From sequence record SRR20825010_448: DNA of 46,608 nt; one strand, given 5' to 3'. This document shows, piece by piece, positions 1 through 8,754 of the stretch. Every line of letters begins with the position of its first letter. Position 1 is the first letter of the stretch. Below the pieces are notes generated by a model, which saw only the letters and a list, made by a program, of their open reading frames with translations, was not told the origin of the DNA and did no database searches. The position numbers were made by a program, and so were the translations under genes.

Positions 1-30
1 GCCGGAGAGTAGCGCTACTCTCCGGCCTTT
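1..30. terminator. Perfect 26-bp palindrome (gccggagagtagc/gctactctccggc) followed by tttt; probable intrinsic terminator between convergent genes
   Basis: Bases 1-26 equal their own reverse complement, with a T-run at 27-30. It lies just downstream of the minus-strand atoE stop at 46. The left flank is cut off by the window edge. Confidence 0.7.
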
Positions 31-45
31 ATATTTGGATGGCAG

Positions 46-1353
46 TTAAAGCCAGGTCAGGCCCGCGCTGATAATGATGCCGGTGACGATCAGCAGCATC
101 AGGCAGTAGCCCATGATGTCCTTGGCTTTCAGCCCAGCGATGGCAAGCACAGGCAGAGCCCAGAAAGGTTGTAAGAGATTGGTCCAGGCGTCGCCCCACG
201 CAACCCCCATGGCCACTCTGGATATGTCAGCGCCAAGCTCCTGTGCAGCAGGCAGCATAACCGGCGCCTGAACGGCCCACTGGCCGCCGCCGGATGGCAC
301 GAATATGTTGACCACCCCGGCGCTGATAAAGCTCCAGAATGGCAAGCTCTCGGCGCTCGCAATGGACACAAACCCTGTTGAGATGCTTGCTGCCAGTCCG
401 GAAGCTGTCATTACGCTCATGATGCCGGCGTAGAACGGAAACTGGATAACGATGCCGGCGCCGCCTTTCACGGCTTCATTCAGGCTGGCAAGCAGGCGCT
501 TTGGGGTCTGGTGCAGGATGATGGCAACAAACAGGAACATGAAGTTCACGATGTTCAGGTTCAGCCCGCCACCCTCGATAAAGTATTGGAAGATGAATGC
601 GATACCACTGAACCCGATCAGCCAGGCAAGTGTTCTGCTGTTCTCCAGATAGTCGGCCGGGCGATTGATAACAACCGAAGTGTCGGGCTCATCGTCCAGG
701 ATTTTGGGGTCCGCGTACACGCTGTCTCTTTCGTTGGGCAGCATGAGGCGGTTAACCAGGGGCACAATAATAAAAAGTGCGGCGACGATGGCCAGGTTGA
801 AGAAGGCGAAGATGGTTTCACTGGTGCCGATAACGCCGATCACATCTGCAGTGAAGTGGTTCTCTGTGGCAATCGTCAGTGGGATGGAGCCTGCAAGCCC
901 GCCGTGCCAGACAATGAACCCGGAATAGGCACTGGCAATCAGCAACGGATAGTGTACGCGGATTTGCCGGGCGAGGGCTTTGGCAAACAGCGCGCCGACC
1001 ACCAGGCCAAAGCCCCAGTTGATCCAACTGGCGATCAGCGCGATGAAGGTAACCAGTACAATTGCCTGGCCCGGTGTTCTGGCAAGGCCTGCAATCCGGT
1101 TCAGGATGCCACGCACCAGTGGGGTGCTCGCCATCATGAAGCCGGTGACCAGTACCAGCAGCATTTGCATTGAGAAGGTCAGCAGGTTCCAGAAACCGTC
1201 CCCCCACATCTTTACTACCGCCATGGGGCTATGCCCCTGGAACACCATAGCGGCAACGAATGACAGCAGTGTCAGTATGATGACGAATAGGTAGGGGTCC
1301 GGTAGGTATTTGTCTACCAGACTGACCATAGGTTTGGCTGCTCTGTCTAACAC
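46..1353 (-). CDS. atoE: Short-chain fatty acid transporter (AtoE family)
   Basis: Highly hydrophobic ORF with family motifs YLPDP, WGDGFWNLLTFSMQM, FVPSGGGQWAVQ and AWGDAWTNLLQPFWALP. I placed the start at GTG 1353 after a GGGGGA RBS rather than at the ORF-track start of 1425. Confidence 0.9.
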   Translation of the reverse strand: MLDRAAKPMVSLVDKYLPDPYLFVIILTLLSFVAAMVFQGHSPMAVVKMWGDGFWNLLTFSMQMLLVLVTGFMMASTPLVRGILNRIAGLARTPGQAIVLVTFIALIASWINWGFGLVVGALFAKALARQIRVHYPLLIASAYSGFIVWHGGLAGSIPLTIATENHFTADVIGVIGTSETIFAFFNLAIVAALFIIVPLVNRLMLPNERDSVYADPKILDDEPDTSVVINRPADYLENSRTLAWLIGFSGIAFIFQYFIEGGGLNLNIVNFMFLFVAIILHQTPKRLLASLNEAVKGGAGIVIQFPFYAGIMSVMTASGLAASISTGFVSIASAESLPFWSFISAGVVNIFVPSGGGQWAVQAPVMLPAAQELGADISRVAMGVAWGDAWTNLLQPFWALPVLAIAGLKAKDIMGYCLMLLIVTGIIISAGLTWL

Positions 1354-1489
1354 ATTGTCCCCCAATATTTTTTTCAGCTTGTTTTGTTGCTGGCAAGCTA
1401 AACTAAAAGCCTGGGGTAGCACCAACTATCCTTTCGCCGTATTGCATTACTCATTCATTGGGGGAGGGGGGTACTCCAACCTTCGTCTA

Positions 1490-1518
1490 TTGCTCCCAGA
1501 TAGCCCGATTTCTATAAT
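1490..1518 (+). promoter_or_regulatory. Sigma70-type promoter of dctPQM
   Basis: TTGCTC (1490-1495), 17-nt spacer, perfect TATAAT (1513-1518), about 70 nt upstream of the dctP ATG. Confidence 0.65.
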
Positions 1519-1585
1519 CAATCGTTGGTCCGCTGCCTGATAGCGGCACAGCGATCTTCACAATCCCAATAAAAAGGAAAACCAC

Positions 1586-2596
1586 ATGTTGAAACGTCGC
1601 TCTCTTCTTGCTGCCGCGGCGGCTACCCTGCTGTTCAGTGCCGTTGCTCAAGCCGACTACAAGGATGAATACACCGTTTCCACCGTACTGCCGTCTGCGT
1701 TTCCCTGGGGCCAGGCTGCCGACAAATGGGTGGAGCTGGTGAAAGAGCGCTCCGATGGGCGTATCAACATGAAAATCTACAGCAACTCCCAACTGGTTTC
1801 CGGTGACCAGACCAAAGAGTTCTCGGCGATGCGCTCCGGGCTGATCGATATGTCGGTGGGGTCCACCATCAACTGGTCGCCTCAGGTGCCTGAACTGAAC
1901 CTGTTTTCCCTGCCTTTCCTGATGCCGGATTATGCCGCCATCGATGCGATCACCCAAGGTGAAGCTGGCGAGGCTGTCTTTGCCGCGATCAAGAAGCGTG
2001 GTGTTACACCGCTGGCCTGGGGCGAGAATGGCTTCCGCGAGCTCTCCAACTCCAAGCTGACCATCGATGAGCCGGCCGATCTGGATGGCCTGAAAATCCG
2101 CGTAGTCGGTTCGCCGCTGTTCCAGGATACCTTTACGGCCCTGGGCGCTAACCCCACCCAGATGAGCTGGGCTGATGCCAAGCCGGCGCTGACCACCGGT
2201 GCCGTCGACGGCCAGGAGAACCCGTTATCGGTCTTTGACGTGGCGCGTATCGATCAGGTTGGCCAGAAGTACCTGACCCGCTGGCACTACATGGCGGACC
2301 CGCTGGTGTTTGCAGTCAGCAACAGCATCTGGGACCAGTTCAGCGAGGAAGACCAGGCGCTGCTGAAGCAGGCGGCGATTGATGCAGGCCAGTGGGAAAT
2401 CGAGAAATCCCGTAGCGAAATCGATGCGACCCTGGCCGCCATCAAGGAACGTGGCGTAGAGGTCACCGAACTGACTGATGAGCAGCGTGATGCCTTCATG
2501 AAGGCCACCCAGTCGGTTTATGAAACATGGACTCCGCGCATTGGCGAGGATCTGGTCAAGCAAGCGCAGGAAGCGGTCGCCAACCGTAACCAGTAA
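1586..2596 (+). CDS. dctP: TRAP transporter substrate-binding protein
   Basis: Signal peptide ending AQA, DLDGLKIRV with the conserved carboxylate-binding Arg, GAVDGQENP, and an AAGGA RBS. Confidence 0.93.
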   Translation: MLKRRSLLAAAAATLLFSAVAQADYKDEYTVSTVLPSAFPWGQAADKWVELVKERSDGRINMKIYSNSQLVSGDQTKEFSAMRSGLIDMSVGSTINWSPQVPELNLFSLPFLMPDYAAIDAITQGEAGEAVFAAIKKRGVTPLAWGENGFRELSNSKLTIDEPADLDGLKIRVVGSPLFQDTFTALGANPTQMSWADAKPALTTGAVDGQENPLSVFDVARIDQVGQKYLTRWHYMADPLVFAVSNSIWDQFSEEDQALLKQAAIDAGQWEIEKSRSEIDATLAAIKERGVEVTELTDEQRDAFMKATQSVYETWTPRIGEDLVKQAQEAVANRNQ

Positions 2597-2611
2597 GAGC
2601 GATCTGTTCAG

Positions 2612-2640
2612 GCGCCCACCGGAAACGGTAGGCGCTCTTT
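2612..2640 (+). terminator. Intercistronic stem-loop (GAAA loop) after dctP; weak terminator or mRNA stabiliser
   Basis: gcgcccaccg-gaaa-cggtaggcgc with one mismatch, followed by tcttt. Confidence 0.55.
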
Positions 2641-2656
2641 CCGAACCGGAGTTACC

Positions 2657-3151
2657 ATGCCGTCCCGACCTCCCAAATTCCGGCTCGATGCCTGGCTGGC
2701 CACCATTGCCCTGGTTGCGATCTGCTTGATCAGCCTCGGCAATGTGATCGTGCGCTACGCGACAGATGCCTCCTTTGCCTTTACCGAGGAATTCTCGGTG
2801 TTCCTTTTGGTGGTGCTTACCTTCGCAGGCGCTGCGGTGGCTGCGCGACACAACCAGCACATTCGCATCGAGTTGATCGAGCACTATCTGCCGTCCTGGG
2901 CACGAAAGGTGGTGTTTGTCCTGCAATGGCTGGGCGGGGTGATGGTCTTGGGGATCATGACGTGGTATGGCAGTACTTTCGCCTTGCAGGAATACCAGTG
3001 GGAGTCATTGTCACCGGGTCTGGGATTACCCAACTGGATTTACGTGATTTGGCTGCCGCTACTATCTGCAGCCATCATCATCCGCATAACCCAGAACCTT
3101 GTTGATCGCCTTCGCGGCCGGGAAGACCCGGAGGTGATCCATGAGTCCTGA
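2657..3151 (+). CDS. dctQ: TRAP transporter small permease
   Basis: Four TM segments with NVIVRY, FTEE and HIRIE motifs; lies between dctP and dctM. Confidence 0.9.
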   Translation: MPSRPPKFRLDAWLATIALVAICLISLGNVIVRYATDASFAFTEEFSVFLLVVLTFAGAAVAARHNQHIRIELIEHYLPSWARKVVFVLQWLGGVMVLGIMTWYGSTFALQEYQWESLSPGLGLPNWIYVIWLPLLSAAIIIRITQNLVDRLRGREDPEVIHES

Positions 3152-4445
3152 TCTGCTGATGATTGGCAGTTTCCTGCTGGCGTTGCTGTTGGGCATGCCG
3201 GTCGCAATTGCCCTGGGCCTGGGCGGGCTGATGGGTATCGTAGCGGGACTGCCGCCCGCGATGCTGGGCACGTTTGGTACCAACACGTATAACAGCGTAG
3301 CCAAATACCCGCTGATTGCGATTCCCCTGTTTATTCTTACCGGCCTGATCTTCGAGCGTGCGGGCGTTGCTGCCGCGCTGGTGCGATTTGCCCAGTCGAT
3401 CATCGGCCCCCGCCATGGTGGGCTGACCGTTGTTGCGGTGCTGGTGTGTCTGATCATGGGTGGCATGAGCGGTTCTGGTCCAGCTGATGCGGCCGCTGTT
3501 GCCATGGTGATGCTGCCAAGCATGCAGAAGGCCGGTTATCCGAAGCCGTTTTCGGCGTCGTTGATTGCGGCTTCGTCGTCCACAGCAATCCTGATTCCGC
3601 CGTCCATTGCATTGATTCTTTATTCCATCGTGGTGCCTGGTGTTGATCTGCGGGCGCTGTTCGCCGCCGGTATTTTCCCGGGCATCCTGGCGGGTGTGTC
3701 TCTGCTGGCGCCAGCGTTGTATTTCGCGAAAAAGTACCGTTGGGAAGACCCCGAAGCGGTCGAACGCCCGCCTTTCTGGCCCAGCCTCAAGGCGGCCTTG
3801 CCCGCGCTGTTTGCACCGGTGATCATTCTTGGCGGCCTGCGCTCAGGCCTGTTTACGCCCACTGAGGCGGCCGTGGTGGCGGTGGCATACGGCGTGCTGG
3901 TCGGTTGCGTGTTGTATCGCAATCTCAGCTTGCGGAACCTCTGGGGCCTGATGACAGACGCCGCCGTTACCTCCGGTGTGGTGATGTTTATCATTGCGCT
4001 GGCGGGCATCTTCGCCTGGGCGGGGACGACGCTGGGTACTTTCCAGCACCTTGCGGATGCCTTGTTGTCGCTCTCGGAAAACGGCTGGGTGCTGTTGGGT
4101 CTGGTGATGGTCCTGGTGCTGATTGCCGGAATGTTGCTGGATGCAATCTCCATCTACCTGATCCTGATCCCGATTGTTCTGCCGCTGATGAATCACTTTG
4201 GCTGGAACCCGATCTGGTTTGGCATATTGCTGGCCATGAACATCGCCATTGGCCAGTTCACCCCACCAGTCGCCGTGAACCTGATGGTCACCACTCGCAT
4301 CGCCAATATCCGCCTGGAACACACCATCGGTTGGGCCATGGTGTTTGTGGCTGCGATGGCTGTCAGCCTGGTGCTGGTGATGTTGGTGCCGGGGATTGCG
4401 TTGTGGTTACCGGAAAAGCTTGGTTATGTCGTGGGTCCATGGTAA
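3141..4445 (+). CDS. dctM: TRAP transporter large permease
   Basis: Motifs LIAIPLFIL, SGSGPADAAA, LIPPSI, FTPTEAA and TPPVAVNL; overlaps the dctQ stop. Confidence 0.93.
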   Translation: MSPDLLMIGSFLLALLLGMPVAIALGLGGLMGIVAGLPPAMLGTFGTNTYNSVAKYPLIAIPLFILTGLIFERAGVAAALVRFAQSIIGPRHGGLTVVAVLVCLIMGGMSGSGPADAAAVAMVMLPSMQKAGYPKPFSASLIAASSSTAILIPPSIALILYSIVVPGVDLRALFAAGIFPGILAGVSLLAPALYFAKKYRWEDPEAVERPPFWPSLKAALPALFAPVIILGGLRSGLFTPTEAAVVAVAYGVLVGCVLYRNLSLRNLWGLMTDAAVTSGVVMFIIALAGIFAWAGTTLGTFQHLADALLSLSENGWVLLGLVMVLVLIAGMLLDAISIYLILIPIVLPLMNHFGWNPIWFGILLAMNIAIGQFTPPVAVNLMVTTRIANIRLEHTIGWAMVFVAAMAVSLVLVMLVPGIALWLPEKLGYVVGPW

Positions 4446-4487
4446 ATAGAGCACCGCTACGCTTCGCGGCCTCCCCAAGGATTACCT

Positions 4488-5279
4488 ATGAACCAACTTG
4501 ATCTGCTTTACGGATTCAGCAGTGTCGTTATCGTTGTAATTCTCTTCATGGCGATAGTTGCGCTTAATGAAGTGGGATTTAGAGTAGGGCGCTTCGTACA
4601 GTCCCATACGGACGATGAAGTTAAAGCGCTTACGAGTTCCATTCAGGCCAGCGTACTGGGTTTATTGGCATTGTTGCTCGGGTTTACATTCAGCATGTCC
4701 ATGCAACGATATGATAATCGAAGTATGGCCTTAATAGATGAAGCGAATGCCATAGGAACCGCAATACTGAGGGTTCAATTGCTGCCAGAGGAATACAGAG
4801 ACGAAGCTGGCAATCTATTCCGGCAATATGTTGGTTTGCGTGTAGAAATTGGCCAGTTGGACCTTACCAAAACGGAAGAGCGTACTTCCTACAATGATAA
4901 AATCGCCGACTTGCAGAATCGGTTATGGGCATTGGCAATATCAGCTACCGAGGTGGACCCCCGCCCGGTAACAACTGGCGCATTTGTAAAATCACTCAAT
5001 GACGTTATTGATAGCCAAGGTAAAAGAAATGCATTGCTTCAAATGCAAGTTCCAGAAGTTGTACTGGTTTTACTGTTTATAGTGTTCGTCTCCTCCGGGG
5101 GGATAATGGGGTATTCCGCAGGGTTGAGTGGAAAACGTATGTTCGCGCCGATAGTGTTGGTTTCCATACTGATTACCTTGATCGTCTTTATAATAATTGA
5201 TCTGGATCGACCAAAGCGCGGTCTTATACAGGTGAACCAGAGTGTCATGACTCAACTGCTGAATGATCGCAAGGAGTGA
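4488..5279 (+). CDS. DUF4239/bestrophin-like membrane protein
   Basis: LGLLALLLGFTFSMS..RY..R...EANAIGTA and IIDLDRP.RGLI motifs, four TM segments, and an AAGGA RBS. Confidence 0.7.
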   Translation: MNQLDLLYGFSSVVIVVILFMAIVALNEVGFRVGRFVQSHTDDEVKALTSSIQASVLGLLALLLGFTFSMSMQRYDNRSMALIDEANAIGTAILRVQLLPEEYRDEAGNLFRQYVGLRVEIGQLDLTKTEERTSYNDKIADLQNRLWALAISATEVDPRPVTTGAFVKSLNDVIDSQGKRNALLQMQVPEVVLVLLFIVFVSSGGIMGYSAGLSGKRMFAPIVLVSILITLIVFIIIDLDRPKRGLIQVNQSVMTQLLNDRKE

Positions 5280-5280
5280 T

Positions 5281-5526
5281 TCATTCCCTTGCCGTTGTCT
5301 TGTGCTTAGTCACTTGCGCCCGATATTCTGGCACCGGCAATCCCCCGATTCCCCAGTCCTCAAGCGCCACTTCATCAATCACGACCATGGTTGAGGCCGG
5401 TTTCTTGTCCAGAATTCGAACGAGCAAGTCGGTAACGCCTGCGATCAGTTCCGCTTTCTGTTGCGCAGAGGGTCCCTTGCCCTCAGGGCCGCCTTCGCGG
5501 GTAATTTTGATATTGACGTACGGCAT
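5281..5526 (-). CDS. 4-oxalocrotonate tautomerase family protein
   Basis: N-terminal catalytic Pro after Met (MPYVNIK), QKAELIAGVT, and VVIDEV..WGIGG; GGAGA RBS. Confidence 0.88.
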   Translation of the reverse strand: MPYVNIKITREGGPEGKGPSAQQKAELIAGVTDLLVRILDKKPASTMVVIDEVALEDWGIGGLPVPEYRAQVTKHKTTARE

Positions 5527-5528
5527 GG

Positions 5529-5918
5529 TCAGTCTCCCTGGCTTGTGATTTCATAGTGAAAGATTTTGGCCATGATGGCCCAGCGGCCTTGATCGTAGAT
5601 CAGGGTCAGGAAATCGGTGTAGTCGCGGCCCATCATGGTCATTTCCACTCGCGCGAACGCGAGAGTCGGGCCTCCCGTTTCGATCGAAATGATGCGCTCG
5701 TTGCGGGTTTCTCCGTTGCTTGCTGGCGGCACCCGTTGATCCAGCACCTTCCGGTATTCGTCGAACGACAGTACCCGGTAATCCTCTGGTGTCGCACTCA
5801 CATACTGGGCGTGCGGATGGAACACGCCAGAGAGCATGGCGCTGTCGGCCTTGTGCAGTCCTTCAAAATAGGTTTCGAGCAGGATCGGGATGGCTTCGTA
5901 AGGCTTGGGTGAGTTCAT
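5529..5918 (-). CDS. NTF2/SnoaL-like (putative lumazine-binding) protein
   Basis: YFEGLH..D...L..VFHP.A and YTDFLTL...GRWAIMAK pattern; ATGA overlap with the GST stop. Confidence 0.8.
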   Translation of the reverse strand: MNSPKPYEAIPILLETYFEGLHKADSAMLSGVFHPHAQYVSATPEDYRVLSFDEYRKVLDQRVPPASNGETRNERIISIETGGPTLAFARVEMTMMGRDYTDFLTLIYDQGRWAIMAKIFHYEITSQGD

Positions 5919-6517
5919 TGTGCGACCAGTCCTTCCGACGACATTGCGGCTTTAACGCTCGGCCGGGCCGAAATGCGATTCCAGAGGGTGTTCAGGAACG
6001 GCCAATCCTTGATATCGATCCCGGGCACGGCGGCCCAACTGCAGACTACAAAAAGGTAGGCGTCAGCAACGGTGAAGGTGTCGCCCACCAGATAGGCTCG
6101 ACCATCGTCGAGCAGAGACTCCAGGTAGTCGAAATGGCGGGGGATGGTCTCAAGTGCCTGGGCACGTTGTTCGTCCGTTGCGCTGGCTTTGAAGAAGGGA
6201 CCAAAGGCCTTGTGCAGCTCCGATGCAATGTAGTTCAGGTGCTCCTGCAAACGGGCTCGCTCAATTGTGCCTACGTCGGGTATCAATGTAGTTGATTCCG
6301 CCAGGTATTGAAGGATCGCAGCGCCTTCGGTCAGTACCGCTCTGCCGGTATCCAGCGCCGGCACATAACCTTTGGGGTTGACGGTTTTATAGTCGATACC
6401 GGACTCGGTGCGCTGGGTTTGGGTATCAACGGGCTCAAGGGTGAAATCAATACCCAGTTCTCTAAGTACAATGTGTGTCGCCAGTGAGCAGGCGCCGGGC
6501 TTGAAATACAGTTTCAT
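5915..6517 (-). CDS. gstA: Glutathione S-transferase, beta class
   Basis: MKLYFKPGACS (Cys10), NPKGYVPAL, LTEGAAI, SELHK and FTVADAYLF; AGGAG RBS. Confidence 0.9.
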   Translation of the reverse strand: MKLYFKPGACSLATHIVLRELGIDFTLEPVDTQTQRTESGIDYKTVNPKGYVPALDTGRAVLTEGAAILQYLAESTTLIPDVGTIERARLQEHLNYIASELHKAFGPFFKASATDEQRAQALETIPRHFDYLESLLDDGRAYLVGDTFTVADAYLFVVCSWAAVPGIDIKDWPFLNTLWNRISARPSVKAAMSSEGLVAQ

Positions 6518-6577
6518 GGGTAGATCTCCTTTGTGTGATAAGCACTGGGCTTGGACACAGAGGAGATTACTGCCTGC

Positions 6578-6629
6578 AATAAGAATAAAATAATATTGAG
6601 TTATTATGATAATGATAATTTAATAGAAT
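6578..6629. promoter_or_regulatory. AT-rich divergent control region with a T-N11-A LysR-type operator candidate
   Basis: Almost pure A/T tract between the divergent gst and lysR genes; T6610-N11-A6622 lies within ATAA-N7-TTAA. Confidence 0.45.
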
Positions 6630-6659
6630 CATCTTTGGTTGAAGAAACAAGAGGCGTCG

Positions 6660-7535
6660 ATGAAGCTGGAGCAATTGCGTGTACTGGATGCCATCGTGAC
6701 GCAAGGCAGCTTTCGCAAAGCGTCTGAGGTGCTCTACAAATCCCAGCCCGCTTTGAGCCAGGCTATCAAAAGCCTGGAAGAGGAAACCGGGCTAACCCTG
6801 CTGTCCCGGGAGAGTTACCGCCCGGTGCTTACCCCAGCCGGTAAGGCCTATTACCGCCAGGCACGGGGTGTACTGGACCAGGTACAGGCTCTGAAGGAGT
6901 TGGCCGGCAAGTTGTCGGCCAGCCAGGAAGCGGAGGTGCGGCTGTCGGTATCCGCCACTTGTCCGTTGGGTAATCTCCTGTCAGTGATCGGTGAGCTCAA
7001 GGAGGCATACCCAGCCACGGATATCCGGCTGATGTCGGATGCCATGGGTGGCAGTGCAGAACGACTCATGGCGGGCGAGGTTGATTTTATCATCGCCACA
7101 ATGGATGGTCTTTCCACAGAGGCAGTTCATGCTTCGCCCTACACCGCCGTGAATATCATCCCGGTAGCCCATCCCGGCTATGGTCCGGCAAGCAGTCGCA
7201 AGCGGCTGAGCAATGCTGAAATGCGCCCGTACGTTCAGGTTGTGGTGGCGGGTACCGGGCAGGGGCGATATGACCAGAGCCGGGACGTGGTTCCGGAGAG
7301 CCTACGGTGGACGGTGTCGGATTTTGCCGCTAAAAAAGAGATTGTGCTGGCCAGGATGGGATGGGGCGGTCTGCCGGAGCACTTGATTGCCCGTGAATTG
7401 GAGGCCGGCGAACTGGTAACGCTTGACCTGAAAGGTTACCCGATCCGCCGTTCACAGCTTCACCTGGTGCGTCGTCGGGAAGGCGCTCTGGGGGTGGTTG
7501 CCCATGAGCTTTGGGAGCGACTCTCCACCAATTAA
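6660..7535 (+). CDS. LysR family transcriptional regulator
   Basis: N-terminal HTH GSFRKASEVLYKSQPALSQAIKSLEE and C-terminal GWGGLPEHL. Start placed at ATG 6660 after GAGG. Confidence 0.93.
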   Translation: MKLEQLRVLDAIVTQGSFRKASEVLYKSQPALSQAIKSLEEETGLTLLSRESYRPVLTPAGKAYYRQARGVLDQVQALKELAGKLSASQEAEVRLSVSATCPLGNLLSVIGELKEAYPATDIRLMSDAMGGSAERLMAGEVDFIIATMDGLSTEAVHASPYTAVNIIPVAHPGYGPASSRKRLSNAEMRPYVQVVVAGTGQGRYDQSRDVVPESLRWTVSDFAAKKEIVLARMGWGGLPEHLIARELEAGELVTLDLKGYPIRRSQLHLVRRREGALGVVAHELWERLSTN

Positions 7536-7552
7536 CAATCTAGAGGTAAAAA

Positions 7553-8593
7553 ATGACCATCCAGAATGTGCTGGGAATTGATCTGCCTGTCATCCAGGCG
7601 CCAATGGCCGGCGTGCAGGGGCATGAACTGGCTGTAGCGGTGTCCAATGCTGGAGGGCTGGGCTCGTTGCCCTGTGCCATGCTCAGCTCTGAGGCACTGC
7701 GAAAAGAGTTGGAAGCACTGACAAGCCAGACCAGCAAGCCCTACAACGTCAACTTCTTCTGTCACACCCCGCCAGAGCCCGACGCCGAAGCAGAGCGTCA
7801 TTGGCGCAAGGCCCTCTCGCCATATTTTGACGAGCTGGGTATTGATTCCAATGATGTATCCGCACAAGCAGGAAGGGCCCCTTTCAGCTCAGAGGCAGCG
7901 GATGTGCTGGCGGACTTCAAGCCGCCGGTGGTGAGTTTTCATTTTGGCTTGCCAGCACAAGAGTTGATGGCGCGTATAAGAGGGTGGGGCGGGAAGATAC
8001 TGTCGACCGCCACAACCGTGGACGAAGCGCTCTGGCTGGAGGCGCAGGGCGTCGATGCCATTATCGCGCAAGGGCTTGAAGCAGGTGGCCATCGCGGATT
8101 TTTTCTGTCGCGGGATATCAGCACTCAGGTCGGCACTTTTGCCTTGATTCCACAATTGGTAGACGCGGTGAACATTCCCGTTATCGCCGCTGGCGGTATT
8201 GCAGACTCCAAAGGCGTACAGGCTGCAATGGCGCTTGGGGCGGCCGGAGCGCAGATTGGCACCGCGTATTTGTTGTGCCCCGAAGCTCAAACCAAAGCAG
8301 TGCATCGCGCCGCCCTGAAATCAGAGGCCGGCCGTGTTACCGCACTGACTAATGTGTTCAGCGGTGGCGCCGCCCGGGGTATTGTGAACCGAATAATGCG
8401 TGAACTGGGGCCGATGAGTTCCAAAGCTCCTGCTTTCCCCCTGGCGTCATCCGCCATTGCACCATTGCGTGCAAAAGCCGAAGCTGAGGGGAGCGGTGAC
8501 TTTTCGCCTCTGTGGGCGGGGCAGAATGTTGGTGGCTGCAAGGAAGTTTCTGCTGCAAGTCTTACACGGGAGATCGGGACTTCTTCGAAGTAA
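7553..8593 (+). CDS. Nitronate monooxygenase-family flavin oxidoreductase
   Basis: PVIQAPMAG, AQGLEAGGHRG, IAAGGIAD and LWAGQ motifs; GAGG RBS. Confidence 0.88.
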   Translation: MTIQNVLGIDLPVIQAPMAGVQGHELAVAVSNAGGLGSLPCAMLSSEALRKELEALTSQTSKPYNVNFFCHTPPEPDAEAERHWRKALSPYFDELGIDSNDVSAQAGRAPFSSEAADVLADFKPPVVSFHFGLPAQELMARIRGWGGKILSTATTVDEALWLEAQGVDAIIAQGLEAGGHRGFFLSRDISTQVGTFALIPQLVDAVNIPVIAAGGIADSKGVQAAMALGAAGAQIGTAYLLCPEAQTKAVHRAALKSEAGRVTALTNVFSGGAARGIVNRIMRELGPMSSKAPAFPLASSAIAPLRAKAEAEGSGDFSPLWAGQNVGGCKEVSAASLTREIGTSSK

Positions 8594-8754
8594 GAAGCCG
8601 GAGCCGGTGATGTTTGAGGGCTATTCGACGCTATGATGCAGCGAGAAGCCAAATTAACCTTGTCTTCGTAGTTGCCTGCAATAGACTGATAACTGCAGCC
8701 GGAAACCCGTCTTAGGGTGTTGTTGCGGCTTGATAATCAAAGAAAGGCCAACCA

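Noticed and set aside
1586-1654. Tat export of DctP (KRRSLL)
   Set aside because: It lacks the consensus Phe, and similar RR-containing leaders are common in DctP proteins. It cannot be distinguished from a Sec signal here.
6608-6626. Fur box-like GATAATGATAAT
   Set aside because: Only the first 12 of 19 positions match. It lies in an AT-rich LysR control region, and neighbouring genes are not iron-related.
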